From an uncultured Verrucomicrobiae bacterium (lineage in GTDB: Bacteria; Verrucomicrobiota; Verrucomicrobiia; Limisphaerales; Palsa-1400): a stretch of DNA of 64,000 nt. The notes beneath the pieces were generated by a model. It did no database searches. It worked only from the letters and a program-made list of their open reading frames with translations, and was not told the origin of the DNA. A program made the translations under genes and the position numbers. This document shows positions 1-11,796 of this stretch, piece by piece (the first letter of the stretch is position 1; every line of letters starts with the position of its first letter). The stretch covers positions 1 through 64,000 of the forward strand of contig CAVPOM010000015.1 in assembly GCA_963707025.1 (NCBI GenBank), in the 5' to 3' direction.

Positions 1-247
1 TGATTAGCCTTGATTGGCCGGGCTGGGTGCCGCTGGGAAAGCCGCTTGATTTTAATATGTAAATTGTTGATAGTAATGTAGTTAAATTGGTTTTCTGCGA
101 AAATGCCCAAAGCTTGCCAATCAAGCCGGAGGAGCGGCTGAAAATGGGCCGTTTTGCTCCGCCAATTGACTTGAACCCCGGCAGCATTCGGGTGTGCCGG
201 ATGCAATCGCCGCGGGAACGGGAGCGGATGGAAGTTCATGATCGAGG

Positions 248-297
248 TGGTCACGGTTCAGAATTGTGGTTTGACCGCCTTTGACCGGTTTGACCGG
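248..297 (-). repeat. Triple GGTCAAA(C) tandem repeat element, copy 1
   Basis: Minus strand reads CCGGTCAAACCGGTCAAAGGCGGTCAAACCACAATTCTGAACCGTGACCA; a closely similar copy lies on + at 60774-60821. Confidence 0.8.
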
Positions 298-468
298 ATG
301 GGTTCGTATGGCAAATCTTGCCGCCGACGGGTCGGATGGGTGTGAATGGCCGTTGGGGTTCGCCCGCCTGGAAATTTGCCGGGCGTTGGCCCCCGCCCTG
401 CGCGGCTGCGCCGGGCGCCTGCTCCCGAATGCGCCGCCGGACGGGTGCCTACGTGTCTCATGCTGATG

Positions 469-497
469 ATTCAACCATAGGTTCTAATTTTTGTCAA
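469..497 (-). promoter_or_regulatory. Putative sigma70 promoter pointing left
   Basis: TTGACA-17 nt-TTGAAT with TGn extension; ATG at 461 is 7 nt downstream, but no convincing protein follows. Confidence 0.35.
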
Positions 498-666
498 CCC
501 CCGTTTTGAAGAAAATGCAGAAGGAAGCATCCGCCACCCCGAAAGCGACCTCTGCAAAACGCGCGTCCACGATTGACGCGGCGGTTTATGACCGCCGGAA
601 ACAAGGGGAAACAATGGCATGGCGACGGTCACAGACCGCCGCTACAGGGGATTGGCAGAGGTCCGG

Positions 667-2268
<1,602 letters not shown>

Positions 2269-2382
2269 CGTCAACACTTCATCTGTACAGAGGGGCAAGC
2301 GGCGGAAAGGTTACGACAATCGGGCCACCGCCCTGCCGCGCATGATGGACGCATCGCGCCGGAGGGGGCGGCGGCCCGCCGG

Positions 2383-3300
2383 TCAGATCTGAAAATCCAG
2401 GACCGTGCCGGGCTTGACTTTTTTTGTGACGTTGACATCGGTTTTGTCGAAAGTGACCAGGGAATGCGGGGGCACGCTGCGGGTAAGGAAAACGCTGGCG
2501 CCGATGGTGCTGCCTTCCCCAACGACGGTTTCGCCGCCGACAATGGTGGCGTTGGCGTAAATGGTGACGTGATCTTCAACGGTGGGATGGCGCTTGTGGC
2601 CGCGGAGCAACTGGCCGCCGGCGAGGGAGCGGGCCACCAGGCCCACGCCCTGATACATTTTGACGTGAGTGCCGATCTCGGCCGTTTCGCCGATGACGGT
2701 GCCGGTGCCGTGGTCAATAAAAAAATGGGAGCCGATGCGCGCGCCGGGGTGCAAATCCATCCCGGTGCGGCTGTGGGCCCATTCGGTCATGATGCGGGGG
2801 ATCAAGGGCACCTCCTCCTCGTAAAGCTCATGGGCCAGGCGCTGCACGGCGATGGCCTCGATGAACGGATACGCCACAATGACTTCCTCCTTGCTCAAGG
2901 CGGCGGGATCGCCCTGGTAGGCCGCTTCGGTGTCGGTGCTGAGCAAATCGCGGACTTGGGGCAGCCTGCTCAAGAAGCGGAGAGTGATGGCGCGGGCGGT
3001 CTGGCGCGAATCTTCCGTGCCGGCGCCATCGGGAGGGGCATATTCGAGGCTTTTGTGAATCTCATCCTCCAACCTTTCCGAGACCGAAGCCATCAAGGTG
3101 GCGGTGAGGACTTTCAGTTCGGAGGAATGGATGGATTTCTCGTCGAAGAAGCCGGGGAACAGGAGGCGCAACAAATCCAGGGTGATGGAGGCAATGGCGG
3201 TCTTGGACGGCAGGTTTTTGCCGTCCACGTGATTGATCCCGCCGACGCGCGCGTAGGAGGCGATCAACTGATCGGTTAATTCGGTGACCGAGTGGTTCAC
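2383..3300 (-). CDS. cysE: Serine O-acetyltransferase (CysE/EpsC type)
   Basis: GDPAA, DLHPGARIG, FFIDHGTGTVIGETAEIG, KRHPT motifs; start at GTG 3300 inferred. Confidence 0.9.
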   Translation of the reverse strand: MNHSVTELTDQLIASYARVGGINHVDGKNLPSKTAIASITLDLLRLLFPGFFDEKSIHSSELKVLTATLMASVSERLEDEIHKSLEYAPPDGAGTEDSRQTARAITLRFLSRLPQVRDLLSTDTEAAYQGDPAALSKEEVIVAYPFIEAIAVQRLAHELYEEEVPLIPRIMTEWAHSRTGMDLHPGARIGSHFFIDHGTGTVIGETAEIGTHVKMYQGVGLVARSLAGGQLLRGHKRHPTVEDHVTIYANATIVGGETVVGEGSTIGASVFLTRSVPPHSLVTFDKTDVNVTKKVKPGTVLDFQI

Positions 3301-3536
3301 CAGGAAATTATCAGGCAGCCCAGGAGGAAAGGCAAGCGGGGAGGGAAAGGGAAATGGAGAATGGAGAATGGAGAGTAGTGAATTGCGGATTTCTGGCGCA
3401 GTCTGGACAGCAGGCAGCGACGAAAACGAGGCAAAGAACTCCGGCGGGTTGGGCGGGGCCAAAATGTCGCTTGGCCGGGCAGGACGGATGGGGTAAACTG
3501 CCGGCCGTGCGCAAAACCAATGAGACTCGTTTGCTA

Positions 3537-6500
3537 ATGGCTCACCGTTATCGGGACTATGCACGGCGGTGTTTCTTCCTTGAATTTGTGCTTGTCGCGG
3601 GCGCAAGCCTGCTTTGCCTGCCGGCCAAAACGGCCCTGGGCGCGGAAGCGCAGGTGTTGCACGGGAGCGTGCCGGCGGCGGTGGCGCGACTGGCCCCGGT
3701 CGGGCGGCTTCCGGCCTCGCAACATTTGGACGTGGTTCTGGCGCTGCCGCTGCGCAATCGGGAAAAGCTCGAAGTTCTGCTGCAACAGATTTACGACTCG
3801 GCCAGTCCCAATTTTCGGCACTACCTCACGCCGCAGCAATTCACCGGGCAATTTGGGCCGGAGGAAGCGGATTACCAATCCCTCATCGCCTTCGCCAACG
3901 GGCATGGCCTGATGGTGACGGGCACGCACGCCAATCGCACTTTGCTGGATGTCAATGGGACGGTGGCTGAGATCGAAAAGGCGTTCCATGTCAGCCTGCG
4001 GACGTATCAGCACCCGGCGGAGGCGCGGCTCTTTTATGCGCCGGAGGGCGAGCCGTCGCTCGATTTGGCGGCGCCGGTCCTGACGGTCAGCGGCCTGGAC
4101 GATTTCATCCTGCCGCGTCCCATGAATCTGAACACCAACTTCTTCAAACGGCGGGCCAATGCCACCGCCCTGACCACCGGGTCGGGGCCGATCGGCAACT
4201 TTCTGGGGAAAGATTTCCGGACGGCTTACGCTCCCGGCGTGGCGTTGGACGGCGCCGGCCAGTGCGTGGGGTTGTTCGAGCTGGGCGCCTACTACCAGAG
4301 CGACATCACGGATTATGAAAACCTGGCCGGGCTGCCGAACGTCATGGTGACGAATGTGTTGCTGGCAGGGGCCAGGAACAAACCCGGGCAAAATGAAATT
4401 GAAGTGGCTCTGGACATTGAAATGGCCGTGGCCATGGCGCCGGGGTTGTCCCAGGTGATCGTTTATGAAGGGACTAATGCGAACGACATTTTGAACCGGA
4501 TGGCGACGGATAATTTGGCCGCGCAGCTTGGTTGTTCGTGGAGTTTTGGGGCGCAAGTGGACCCGGCCCGGGAGCAGATTTTCCAGCAATTTGCCGCGCA
4601 GGGGCAGTCGTTCTTCCAGGCCTCCGGCGATTTTGGGGCGGCGACCGGGCCGATCACGCCGCCCTCCGATGACCCGTGGATTACCGTCGTGGGCGGCACC
4701 TCCCTGACGACCAGCGGGCCGGGCGGAGCGTGGGCGTCGGAAACCACCTGGTCCGGGAGCGCCGGCGGGATCAGCACGGCCTACCCCATCCCGGTCTGGC
4801 AGCAAGGCATTAATATGTCGGCCAACCTGGGATCGTCCACCATGCGGAACATTCCGGATGTGGCCTGCCTGGCGGATGTCCAAGTTTGGGTGGTTGTCTT
4901 TAATGGCGAGCAGGGGGAGGTGGGCGGCACCAGCGTGGCTACGCCCTTGTGGGCCGGTTTTGCCGCGCTGGCCAATCAGCAGGCGGCGGCCAGCGGCGGC
5001 CCGCGTCTCGGGTTTCTCAACCCCGCCCTCTACGCCATCGGCCAGGGTCCCGGTTATGCCTCGGCCTTGCATGACATCACGACCGGCAACAACACCAACA
5101 GCTCAAGCCAAAACAAGTTCTTTGCCGCGGCAGGCTACGACCTCTGCACCGGTTGGGGCACCCCTGCCGGGAGCAACCTGATCGCCGCCCTGCTGGCGCT
5201 CCCCGACGCGCTGCAGGTTCTGCCGGGAACTGCGCTCGCCTTCGATGGCCCCTTGGGCGGCCCCTTCAGCCCGGCCACCCAAACTTATTCTCTGACCAAC
5301 GCGGGCGCTGCTCCGCTAAGCTGGACTCTGGCAAATTACCCGTCCTGGCTGAATGTCACGCCTGGCGGCGGCACGCTCGTCGCCGGCGGCCCGGCCGCGA
5401 TCGTCACCGCCATGCTTACTTCCGCCGCCAGCAGTCAAGCGGTGGGGAGTTATCCGGCGCTGTTAATGTTTACCAACCTGAACCATGGTTTCGCTCAGAG
5501 CCGGCCAATCACCCTGAACGTGGACGCGCCGCCGCTGATTACCGCGCAACCCGCCAGCGTTGCCGCGCGCGCCGGAGCCAGCGCGACGTTTGCCGTGGGG
5601 ACGGCCAGCAATGGATACCTGTCCTTCCAGTGGCAGCAGGATAACGGGATGTACCTGACCAATCTGGCCGATGGCGGCAATGTCTCCGGCTCGGCCAGCA
5701 GCATGTTGACGGTGAGCAGCGTCGGCCCGGGCAATGTGGGCGTTTATTCGGTGGTCGTCAGCAATATCACCGGCGTGACCATCAGCTCCAACGCAAGCCT
5801 GACCCTCCTGCCATTCCGGCCGGTCATCGTGGCGCAACCGGCCAGCCAGACGGCGCTGCCCAACCAGACGATCACGCTGACGGTCGGGGCCGCCGGAAAC
5901 CAGCCGCTGTCCTATCAATGGCAGGAAAGCGGGACCAACTTGAGCGAGGCGGGCAATCTCTCCGGCACTGCCACCAGCAGCCTGACCTTCCATGGCGCCA
6001 CGGTGGCCAATGCCGGAACCTATTCGGTCATCGTCAGCAATTCCCTCGGGACAGCCGCCAGTTCCGCGGCGGTCCTGTCCGTGACTTCGGCGAGCGTGGC
6101 GGGGTTGGCCATGGCGACGCTCTATTCGTTCACGGGTGGCAACGACGGCGGCAACCCAAACGGACTGGTGCAGGGAACGAATGGGGCTTTCTATGGGACG
6201 ACCCGGCACGGGGGCAGCAACTCCTGGGGAAGCATTTTTCGCATGGCGCCCAATGGCTTGCCGGCCAGCCTGTATGCTTTCACCGGCGGCAGCGACGGGG
6301 CGACTCCTTTTTCGGCGCTGGCGCAAGGGGCGGACGGCAATTTCTATGGCACCTCTCTCATGGGCGGCAGCAATGAAAATGGCACGGTCTTTAGGATGAC
6401 ACCGGAGGGCGCTTTGGCCGCGCTGGTGACGCTCAACCTCACCAATGGCAATCTGCCTTACGGCGGACTGATCCCGGGCGCCGACGGCGCGCTCTATGGC

Positions 6501-9290
6501 ACTTGCGACCAAGGCGGAGCGATCAGTTTCGGCACGGCGTACAAAATCACCACCAATGGCGCGCTGGCCACCCTTTACTCGTTTTCAGAAGGCGGCGATG
6601 GGGGGCAGCCGGTGGCCGGCCTGCTCCTGGGCCGCGATGGCAATTACTACGGCGCCACCTATGCCGGCGGCGCTAATGGTTATGGCACCGTTTTCCGCCT
6701 TTCCAGCGGCGGCGCGCTCAGCACGCTGGTGTCGTTTGACGATGCCAATGGCGCCTATCCCCGCGGCGGTCTGGCGCAGGATGTCAACGGCGATTTCTAC
6801 GGCACCACCTCGCTGGGCGGGGCTGACAACAATGGGACGGTGTTTAGAATGAGTTCGACCGGGCTGCTCACCAACCTTTACTCGTTTACCAACGGCCAGG
6901 ACGGAGCGCAGCCGGTGGGCGGGCTGCTTTACGCCAGCGACGGCAATTTCTACGGCACGACAGAATATGGCGGGGCGTATGGTGATGGCACCCTGTTCAC
7001 CATCACCGCCGACGGCACCTTTGCCACGCTGGTCCAATTCGACGGCTTCAACGGCGCCAATCCGCAGGCCCCGCTGGCGCAGAGCACGGCGGGCGTTCTC
7101 TACGGCACGACGCCCAACGGCGGCGACAACAACCAGGGCGCCATTTTTTCGCTGGCCAACATTTCCGCCCCGCAATTCACCATGCAACCCGCCAGCCAGA
7201 GCGCCTTCCTGGGACAGAGTGTGGAGCTGGACGTGGCGGTGTTTGGCAGCGCGCCCTTGTTTTATCAATGGCAGAAGAACGCCACCAATTTGGGCGATGG
7301 CGCCACCATCTCCGGCTCCTCCACGCGCGTCCTGAGTCTGACCAATCTGACCCTGGCCGATGCCGGCACCTATTCGGTCATGGTGAGCAACGCCCTCGGC
7401 TCGTCCAATAGCGCCGGCGCGTTCCTCACGGTGATCTCCTCCCCGCCCTATTTTGTCCTCCAACCGACCAATCAGACACTCGCGCCGGGAACCAACGCGG
7501 CGCTGGTGGCGGGGGCGCTGGGCAACGTGCCGCTGCTTTATCAGTGGCAGAAAAACGGAGCCAATTTGACCGACGGCGGCAACCTCTCCGGCTCGGTCAC
7601 GAGTGTCTTGACGCTCAACAATGTCACTGAAGCCAATAATGGAAGCTACCGCTTAATCGTGAGCAACAGCCTTTCCTGGGCGGCCAGCTCCAATGCGGTC
7701 TTGACGGTGGTTCCGGCCAGCGCCGGCGGGACCCGCCTGGCCACCTTGTATTCGTTCACGGGCGGCAGCGACGGCGGATTCCCCAACGCGCTGGTGGCCG
7801 GCACCAATGGAATCCTGTATGGCACCACGGAATCCGGCGGGCAGGGCGGCACTGTATTTACCGTCACCACCAACGGCGCGGTGGCCACGCTGGCTCTGTT
7901 CGGACCGGACACCGGTTTCACTCCTTTCGCCGGCATGGTGCAAGGCGGGGACGGCAATTTCTATGGCTCGACAGAACTGGGCGGGACGAATTACGACGGC
8001 AACATATTCGAGCTGACTCCGGGCGGGGCGCTGAGCAATTTTTATTCGTTTACGGGAGGGAGCGACGGCTATTTTCCCATGGCCGCGCTGGTGGTGGGGG
8101 CCGATGGCAATTTCTATGGCGCCACCGCCTCCGGCGGCGATGCCAGCGCCGGCAACGTCTTCAAACTGACCCCCAGCGGCCTGCTGAGCAATCTTTACTC
8201 GTTCACCAACGGCGCGGACGGGGCCGGTCCGGTTGGGCCGCTGGTGCAGGGAGCGGACGGCAACTTCTATGGCATGACGGCCGGCGGTTTGCATGGGTAT
8301 GGCAATGTGTTCAAACTGACTCCCGGCGGCCTGCTGAGCAATCTTTACTCCTTTGCCAACGGCGCGGACGGCTCCGCTCCGGCCGGGGCGCTGGTGCAAG
8401 GCACGGACGGCAATTTCTACGGTGTGACCAAACACAACACCATCGCCGGTTATCCCTTCTATGGCACGATTTTCAGGATGACCCCCAAAGGCGCGCTGAC
8501 CACGCTCTATGCGCTGAATTACACCGATGGGGCCTATCCCTTTGCCGGACTGCTCCAGGGCAGCGACGGCAATTTCTACGGCACCACTTTCACCGGCACC
8601 GGTGCCACCAATGGCACCGTCTTCAGCATTACTCCCGGCGGCGCCTTCAGCAATCTGGTCGTGTTGGATGGTTTCGATGACGGCGCGCATCCGGAAACGG
8701 CCCTGGTGGAGGGAGCGGATGGCGCGCTTTATGGCACGACCAGCGCGGGCGGGCCGGGCGGGCACGGGTCGGTCTTCCGCCTCAGCTTCAACTCCGCCCC
8801 GCAATTCACCAGCCAGCCCGGCAGCCAGGCGGTGGTGGTGGGAACCAGCCCGCAGTTGAGCGCAACCCTTTTCGGCGCCCCGCCGTTGTTCTACCAGTGG
8901 CAAATGGACACAACCAATCTCAGCGACGTGGGCAACGTCTCCGGGACAACTTCCCGCGTTCTGAATTTCACCAATGTTGCGCTGGCCAATGCCGGAACCT
9001 ACACCCTTGTCGTCAGCAACGCGCTTGGATCGGTGACCAGCTCCGCCGCCGTCCTGACGATTATTCCCGCGCCAGATTTCCTCTCCATCACGCTCAACCA
9101 AGGCTCGGTTACATTCCTTTTGAGCACCGTCGCCAGCCACGTCTATCAACTCCAGTCCGCGCCGGATTTGACCTCCGGCAACTGGAGCAATGTCCACAAT
9201 GCCTTCCGGGCCAGCGGCGGCACCGCGACCAATTCCGACGTGGTGGCGACCAACACGCAACGGTTCTATCGCCTGGAGTTCGTGCGCTAG
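3537..9290 (+). CDS. Secreted S53 (sedolisin/kumamolisin) protease with prodomain, BACON-like domain, Ig domains and two GloVer-type repeat arrays
   Basis: Signal peptide; EVALDIE, SGD and GGTSVATP catalytic motifs; P-x-I-x-x-QP...YQWQ...AGTYSV Ig repeats; LYSFTGGxDG...DGNFYGTT repeats; C-terminal RFYRL domain. Confidence 0.9.
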   Translation: MAHRYRDYARRCFFLEFVLVAGASLLCLPAKTALGAEAQVLHGSVPAAVARLAPVGRLPASQHLDVVLALPLRNREKLEVLLQQIYDSASPNFRHYLTPQQFTGQFGPEEADYQSLIAFANGHGLMVTGTHANRTLLDVNGTVAEIEKAFHVSLRTYQHPAEARLFYAPEGEPSLDLAAPVLTVSGLDDFILPRPMNLNTNFFKRRANATALTTGSGPIGNFLGKDFRTAYAPGVALDGAGQCVGLFELGAYYQSDITDYENLAGLPNVMVTNVLLAGARNKPGQNEIEVALDIEMAVAMAPGLSQVIVYEGTNANDILNRMATDNLAAQLGCSWSFGAQVDPAREQIFQQFAAQGQSFFQASGDFGAATGPITPPSDDPWITVVGGTSLTTSGPGGAWASETTWSGSAGGISTAYPIPVWQQGINMSANLGSSTMRNIPDVACLADVQVWVVVFNGEQGEVGGTSVATPLWAGFAALANQQAAASGGPRLGFLNPALYAIGQGPGYASALHDITTGNNTNSSSQNKFFAAAGYDLCTGWGTPAGSNLIAALLALPDALQVLPGTALAFDGPLGGPFSPATQTYSLTNAGAAPLSWTLANYPSWLNVTPGGGTLVAGGPAAIVTAMLTSAASSQAVGSYPALLMFTNLNHGFAQSRPITLNVDAPPLITAQPASVAARAGASATFAVGTASNGYLSFQWQQDNGMYLTNLADGGNVSGSASSMLTVSSVGPGNVGVYSVVVSNITGVTISSNASLTLLPFRPVIVAQPASQTALPNQTITLTVGAAGNQPLSYQWQESGTNLSEAGNLSGTATSSLTFHGATVANAGTYSVIVSNSLGTAASSAAVLSVTSASVAGLAMATLYSFTGGNDGGNPNGLVQGTNGAFYGTTRHGGSNSWGSIFRMAPNGLPASLYAFTGGSDGATPFSALAQGADGNFYGTSLMGGSNENGTVFRMTPEGALAALVTLNLTNGNLPYGGLIPGADGALYGTCDQGGAISFGTAYKITTNGALATLYSFSEGGDGGQPVAGLLLGRDGNYYGATYAGGANGYGTVFRLSSGGALSTLVSFDDANGAYPRGGLAQDVNGDFYGTTSLGGADNNGTVFRMSSTGLLTNLYSFTNGQDGAQPVGGLLYASDGNFYGTTEYGGAYGDGTLFTITADGTFATLVQFDGFNGANPQAPLAQSTAGVLYGTTPNGGDNNQGAIFSLANISAPQFTMQPASQSAFLGQSVELDVAVFGSAPLFYQWQKNATNLGDGATISGSSTRVLSLTNLTLADAGTYSVMVSNALGSSNSAGAFLTVISSPPYFVLQPTNQTLAPGTNAALVAGALGNVPLLYQWQKNGANLTDGGNLSGSVTSVLTLNNVTEANNGSYRLIVSNSLSWAASSNAVLTVVPASAGGTRLATLYSFTGGSDGGFPNALVAGTNGILYGTTESGGQGGTVFTVTTNGAVATLALFGPDTGFTPFAGMVQGGDGNFYGSTELGGTNYDGNIFELTPGGALSNFYSFTGGSDGYFPMAALVVGADGNFYGATASGGDASAGNVFKLTPSGLLSNLYSFTNGADGAGPVGPLVQGADGNFYGMTAGGLHGYGNVFKLTPGGLLSNLYSFANGADGSAPAGALVQGTDGNFYGVTKHNTIAGYPFYGTIFRMTPKGALTTLYALNYTDGAYPFAGLLQGSDGNFYGTTFTGTGATNGTVFSITPGGAFSNLVVLDGFDDGAHPETALVEGADGALYGTTSAGGPGGHGSVFRLSFNSAPQFTSQPGSQAVVVGTSPQLSATLFGAPPLFYQWQMDTTNLSDVGNVSGTTSRVLNFTNVALANAGTYTLVVSNALGSVTSSAAVLTIIPAPDFLSITLNQGSVTFLLSTVASHVYQLQSAPDLTSGNWSNVHNAFRASGGTATNSDVVATNTQRFYRLEFVR

Positions 9291-9379
9291 CGGCCTGCTG
9301 GAATGCCTCGCGGGAGCGTTTGAAAGAAATGGCGTTTTGATCGGCCGGCCGGGTAGCATGGGCGGCGAGTGACAGACGC

Positions 9380-11680
9380 ATGAAGGAACCCGACAAAGGG
9401 CCGCGCCAGTGGTGGATTGCCCTGGCCCTGGCCGCCATCACCCTGGCGTTGTTTTGGCCGTTGTGTCACTACGATTTTCTCGATTTTGACGATCAGGCTT
9501 ACGTGACGGAAAATCCGTATGTGCGCTCGGGCCTGAATGGCCACAGTCTGGCCTGGGCCTTTCAGACCAGCACGGCAGGCAATTGGCATCCGGTGACGTG
9601 GATTTCCCATATCCTGGATGTGCAATTTTTCGGCGTGCAGGCGGGCCGGCATCATCTGACCAGCGTGGTTTTGCACAGCGCCAATGTGGCGCTGCTGTTT
9701 GTCCTCCTGCAAAGAATGACGGGGGCGGTCTGGCGCAGCGCGCTGGTGGCGGCGTTTTTTGGGTGGCATCCGGCGGATGTGGAATCGGTGGCGTGGATCG
9801 CGGAGCGCAAGGACGTGTTGAGCGCGTTTTTTTTCATGCTGACCTTGCTGGCTTATGCATGGCACGCGGCCAGGCCGGGATGGGGGCGGCAGGCGGTGAC
9901 CCTGGCCCTGTTTGCCCTGGCGCTGATGGCCAAACCGATGGTGGTCACCCTCCCTTTTGTTCTGCTGCTGCTGGATTATTGGCCCTTGCGCAGAGTCTCC
10001 CGCGCGCCGGCTGCGCCGCCGGAAAACAAACCGGGCGGGGCGCCGGCCTTTCCGCCCTTGCCGCTGTCGCGGTTGCTGGCGGAAAAAATCCCCTGTCTGG
10101 CGTTGAGCGCGCTTGGCTGCGTCGTGACACTGTGGGCGCAGCAACGGAGCAACGCGGTGGCGTCGGTGCAGGAGATTTCGCTGCCGCATCGTCTTGCCCA
10201 CGTTTTGGTTTCCTATTACGATTACCTTGCGCTCCTGATTTTTCCGCAGCACCCCGCCATTTTTTATCCTTATCCCCTGCATGAACAAACGGCCAAAGCG
10301 GTCGGCGGGGTGGCGGCACTGGCGGTGGTTTCGGCCCTGAGCATTATGTGGAGACGGCGGCGGCCGTGGCTGGCGGTGGGATGGCTCTGGTTTCTCGGGA
10401 TGCTGGTGCCGGTCATTGGATTGGTGCAGGCGGGGGGCCAGGCCTACGCGGACCGCTACACCTATTTGCCGTCGGTCGGGCTGTTTGTCTGCGTGGTGTG
10501 GGCGGGGGCCGAGCTGGCGCTGCGGGTACCGGCGGCAAAGTTTTTGGGACCCGCCGCGGGGGTGGCGATGCTGGCGGCGACGGCGCACCAAATCCCGGTC
10601 TGGAAGAATACACGGACGGTTTTTGAACACGCCGCCCGCGTCACTGAGAATAATTATCTGGCCCTGACTTTGCTCGGCAGCCTGCGGGCGAAGGAGGGCA
10701 ATTGGGACGGGGCGATGGAGCTTTACCGGGAGGCGCTGCGTGACAAGCAGAATTATGCCGAGGCCCATTTCTTCCTGGCCCGCGCCCTGGAGCACCAGGG
10801 CCAGGCGGACCAGGCCCTCCGGGAATACGAGCGGGCCTTGAGGATAAATCCCTCGTTTGAACAGGCGCGGATTTTTCTGGGCCTGCTGCTGGCGGCTGGG
10901 AAAAGATACGAGCAGGCGGCGGCGCAATACGAGGCGGTTCTGAAGACCAACCCCCGGTCAGCCACCGCCCACAATGACCTGGCGCGGGTCTTGCAAAGCG
11001 AAGGGCGGCTGGAGGAAAGCGCGCGGCATTACACGGCCGCGTTGCAATGCGATTCGAGCCTGGCCGAAGCCCATAATAACCTGGGCATATTGTATTTGCA
11101 GACAGGCCGGCTGGCCGAGGGCACGAGCGAGTTGCGGGAGGCGCTGCGGCTCCATCCTGGCAATGAGGAAACGGAGTATAATCTGGCGCTGGCCTTGAAC
11201 CAGCAGGGGCAATGGCCGGAGGCTCTGGAGCTGTGGCAACGGCTGGCGCCGGCCCGTCCGAAAGATGCCGCCGCCCAGTTCCAGTATGGACGGGCGCTGG
11301 CCGGCCTGGGAAAAACGCGCGAGGCCATGAGCCAGTACGCCGCGGCGCTATTGTTGACGCCGGATTACCCGGAGGCCCTCGAGGCGCTGGCCTGGATCCT
11401 TTCCACCGATCCCCATGCTGAATTGCGCAACGGCGGGGAAGCGGTGCCGATGGCGGAGAAGGCCTGCCAACTGACCGGCCGGCAGCAGCCCGGCATGCTG
11501 GTGACTTTGGCGGCGGCGTATGCGGAGGCGGGGCGCTTCAACGAGGCGGCGGCCACCGCGCGCGAGGGCGGGGATTTGGCGGGGAGGCAGGGCCAAAAAG
11601 AGATGGAGACCAAGGCGGGGCGGGTGCTGGCCGCCTTGCAAGCGGGTTACCCGATCCGGGAGCCGATGGAGGCGCGGTAG
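9380..11680 (+). CDS. TMTC-like GT-C membrane protein with TPR repeats
   Basis: FDD loop after TM1, WHP, ESVAWIAERKD, ADRYTYLP, multiple TMs, C-terminal TPRs (AHNNLG). Confidence 0.85.
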   Translation: MKEPDKGPRQWWIALALAAITLALFWPLCHYDFLDFDDQAYVTENPYVRSGLNGHSLAWAFQTSTAGNWHPVTWISHILDVQFFGVQAGRHHLTSVVLHSANVALLFVLLQRMTGAVWRSALVAAFFGWHPADVESVAWIAERKDVLSAFFFMLTLLAYAWHAARPGWGRQAVTLALFALALMAKPMVVTLPFVLLLLDYWPLRRVSRAPAAPPENKPGGAPAFPPLPLSRLLAEKIPCLALSALGCVVTLWAQQRSNAVASVQEISLPHRLAHVLVSYYDYLALLIFPQHPAIFYPYPLHEQTAKAVGGVAALAVVSALSIMWRRRRPWLAVGWLWFLGMLVPVIGLVQAGGQAYADRYTYLPSVGLFVCVVWAGAELALRVPAAKFLGPAAGVAMLAATAHQIPVWKNTRTVFEHAARVTENNYLALTLLGSLRAKEGNWDGAMELYREALRDKQNYAEAHFFLARALEHQGQADQALREYERALRINPSFEQARIFLGLLLAAGKRYEQAAAQYEAVLKTNPRSATAHNDLARVLQSEGRLEESARHYTAALQCDSSLAEAHNNLGILYLQTGRLAEGTSELREALRLHPGNEETEYNLALALNQQGQWPEALELWQRLAPARPKDAAAQFQYGRALAGLGKTREAMSQYAAALLLTPDYPEALEALAWILSTDPHAELRNGGEAVPMAEKACQLTGRQQPGMLVTLAAAYAEAGRFNEAAATAREGGDLAGRQGQKEMETKAGRVLAALQAGYPIREPMEAR

Positions 11681-11796
11681 GAAGGTTATGGGAAATGCGT
11701 CAGGGATGGGCGCAAATGAGTTGGCAGGGTCGGCGCGCTGCGCCGATGTCGAGCCACAGGCTCGACGCTACAAAAAATCAGGACACTAAGGCAGGG

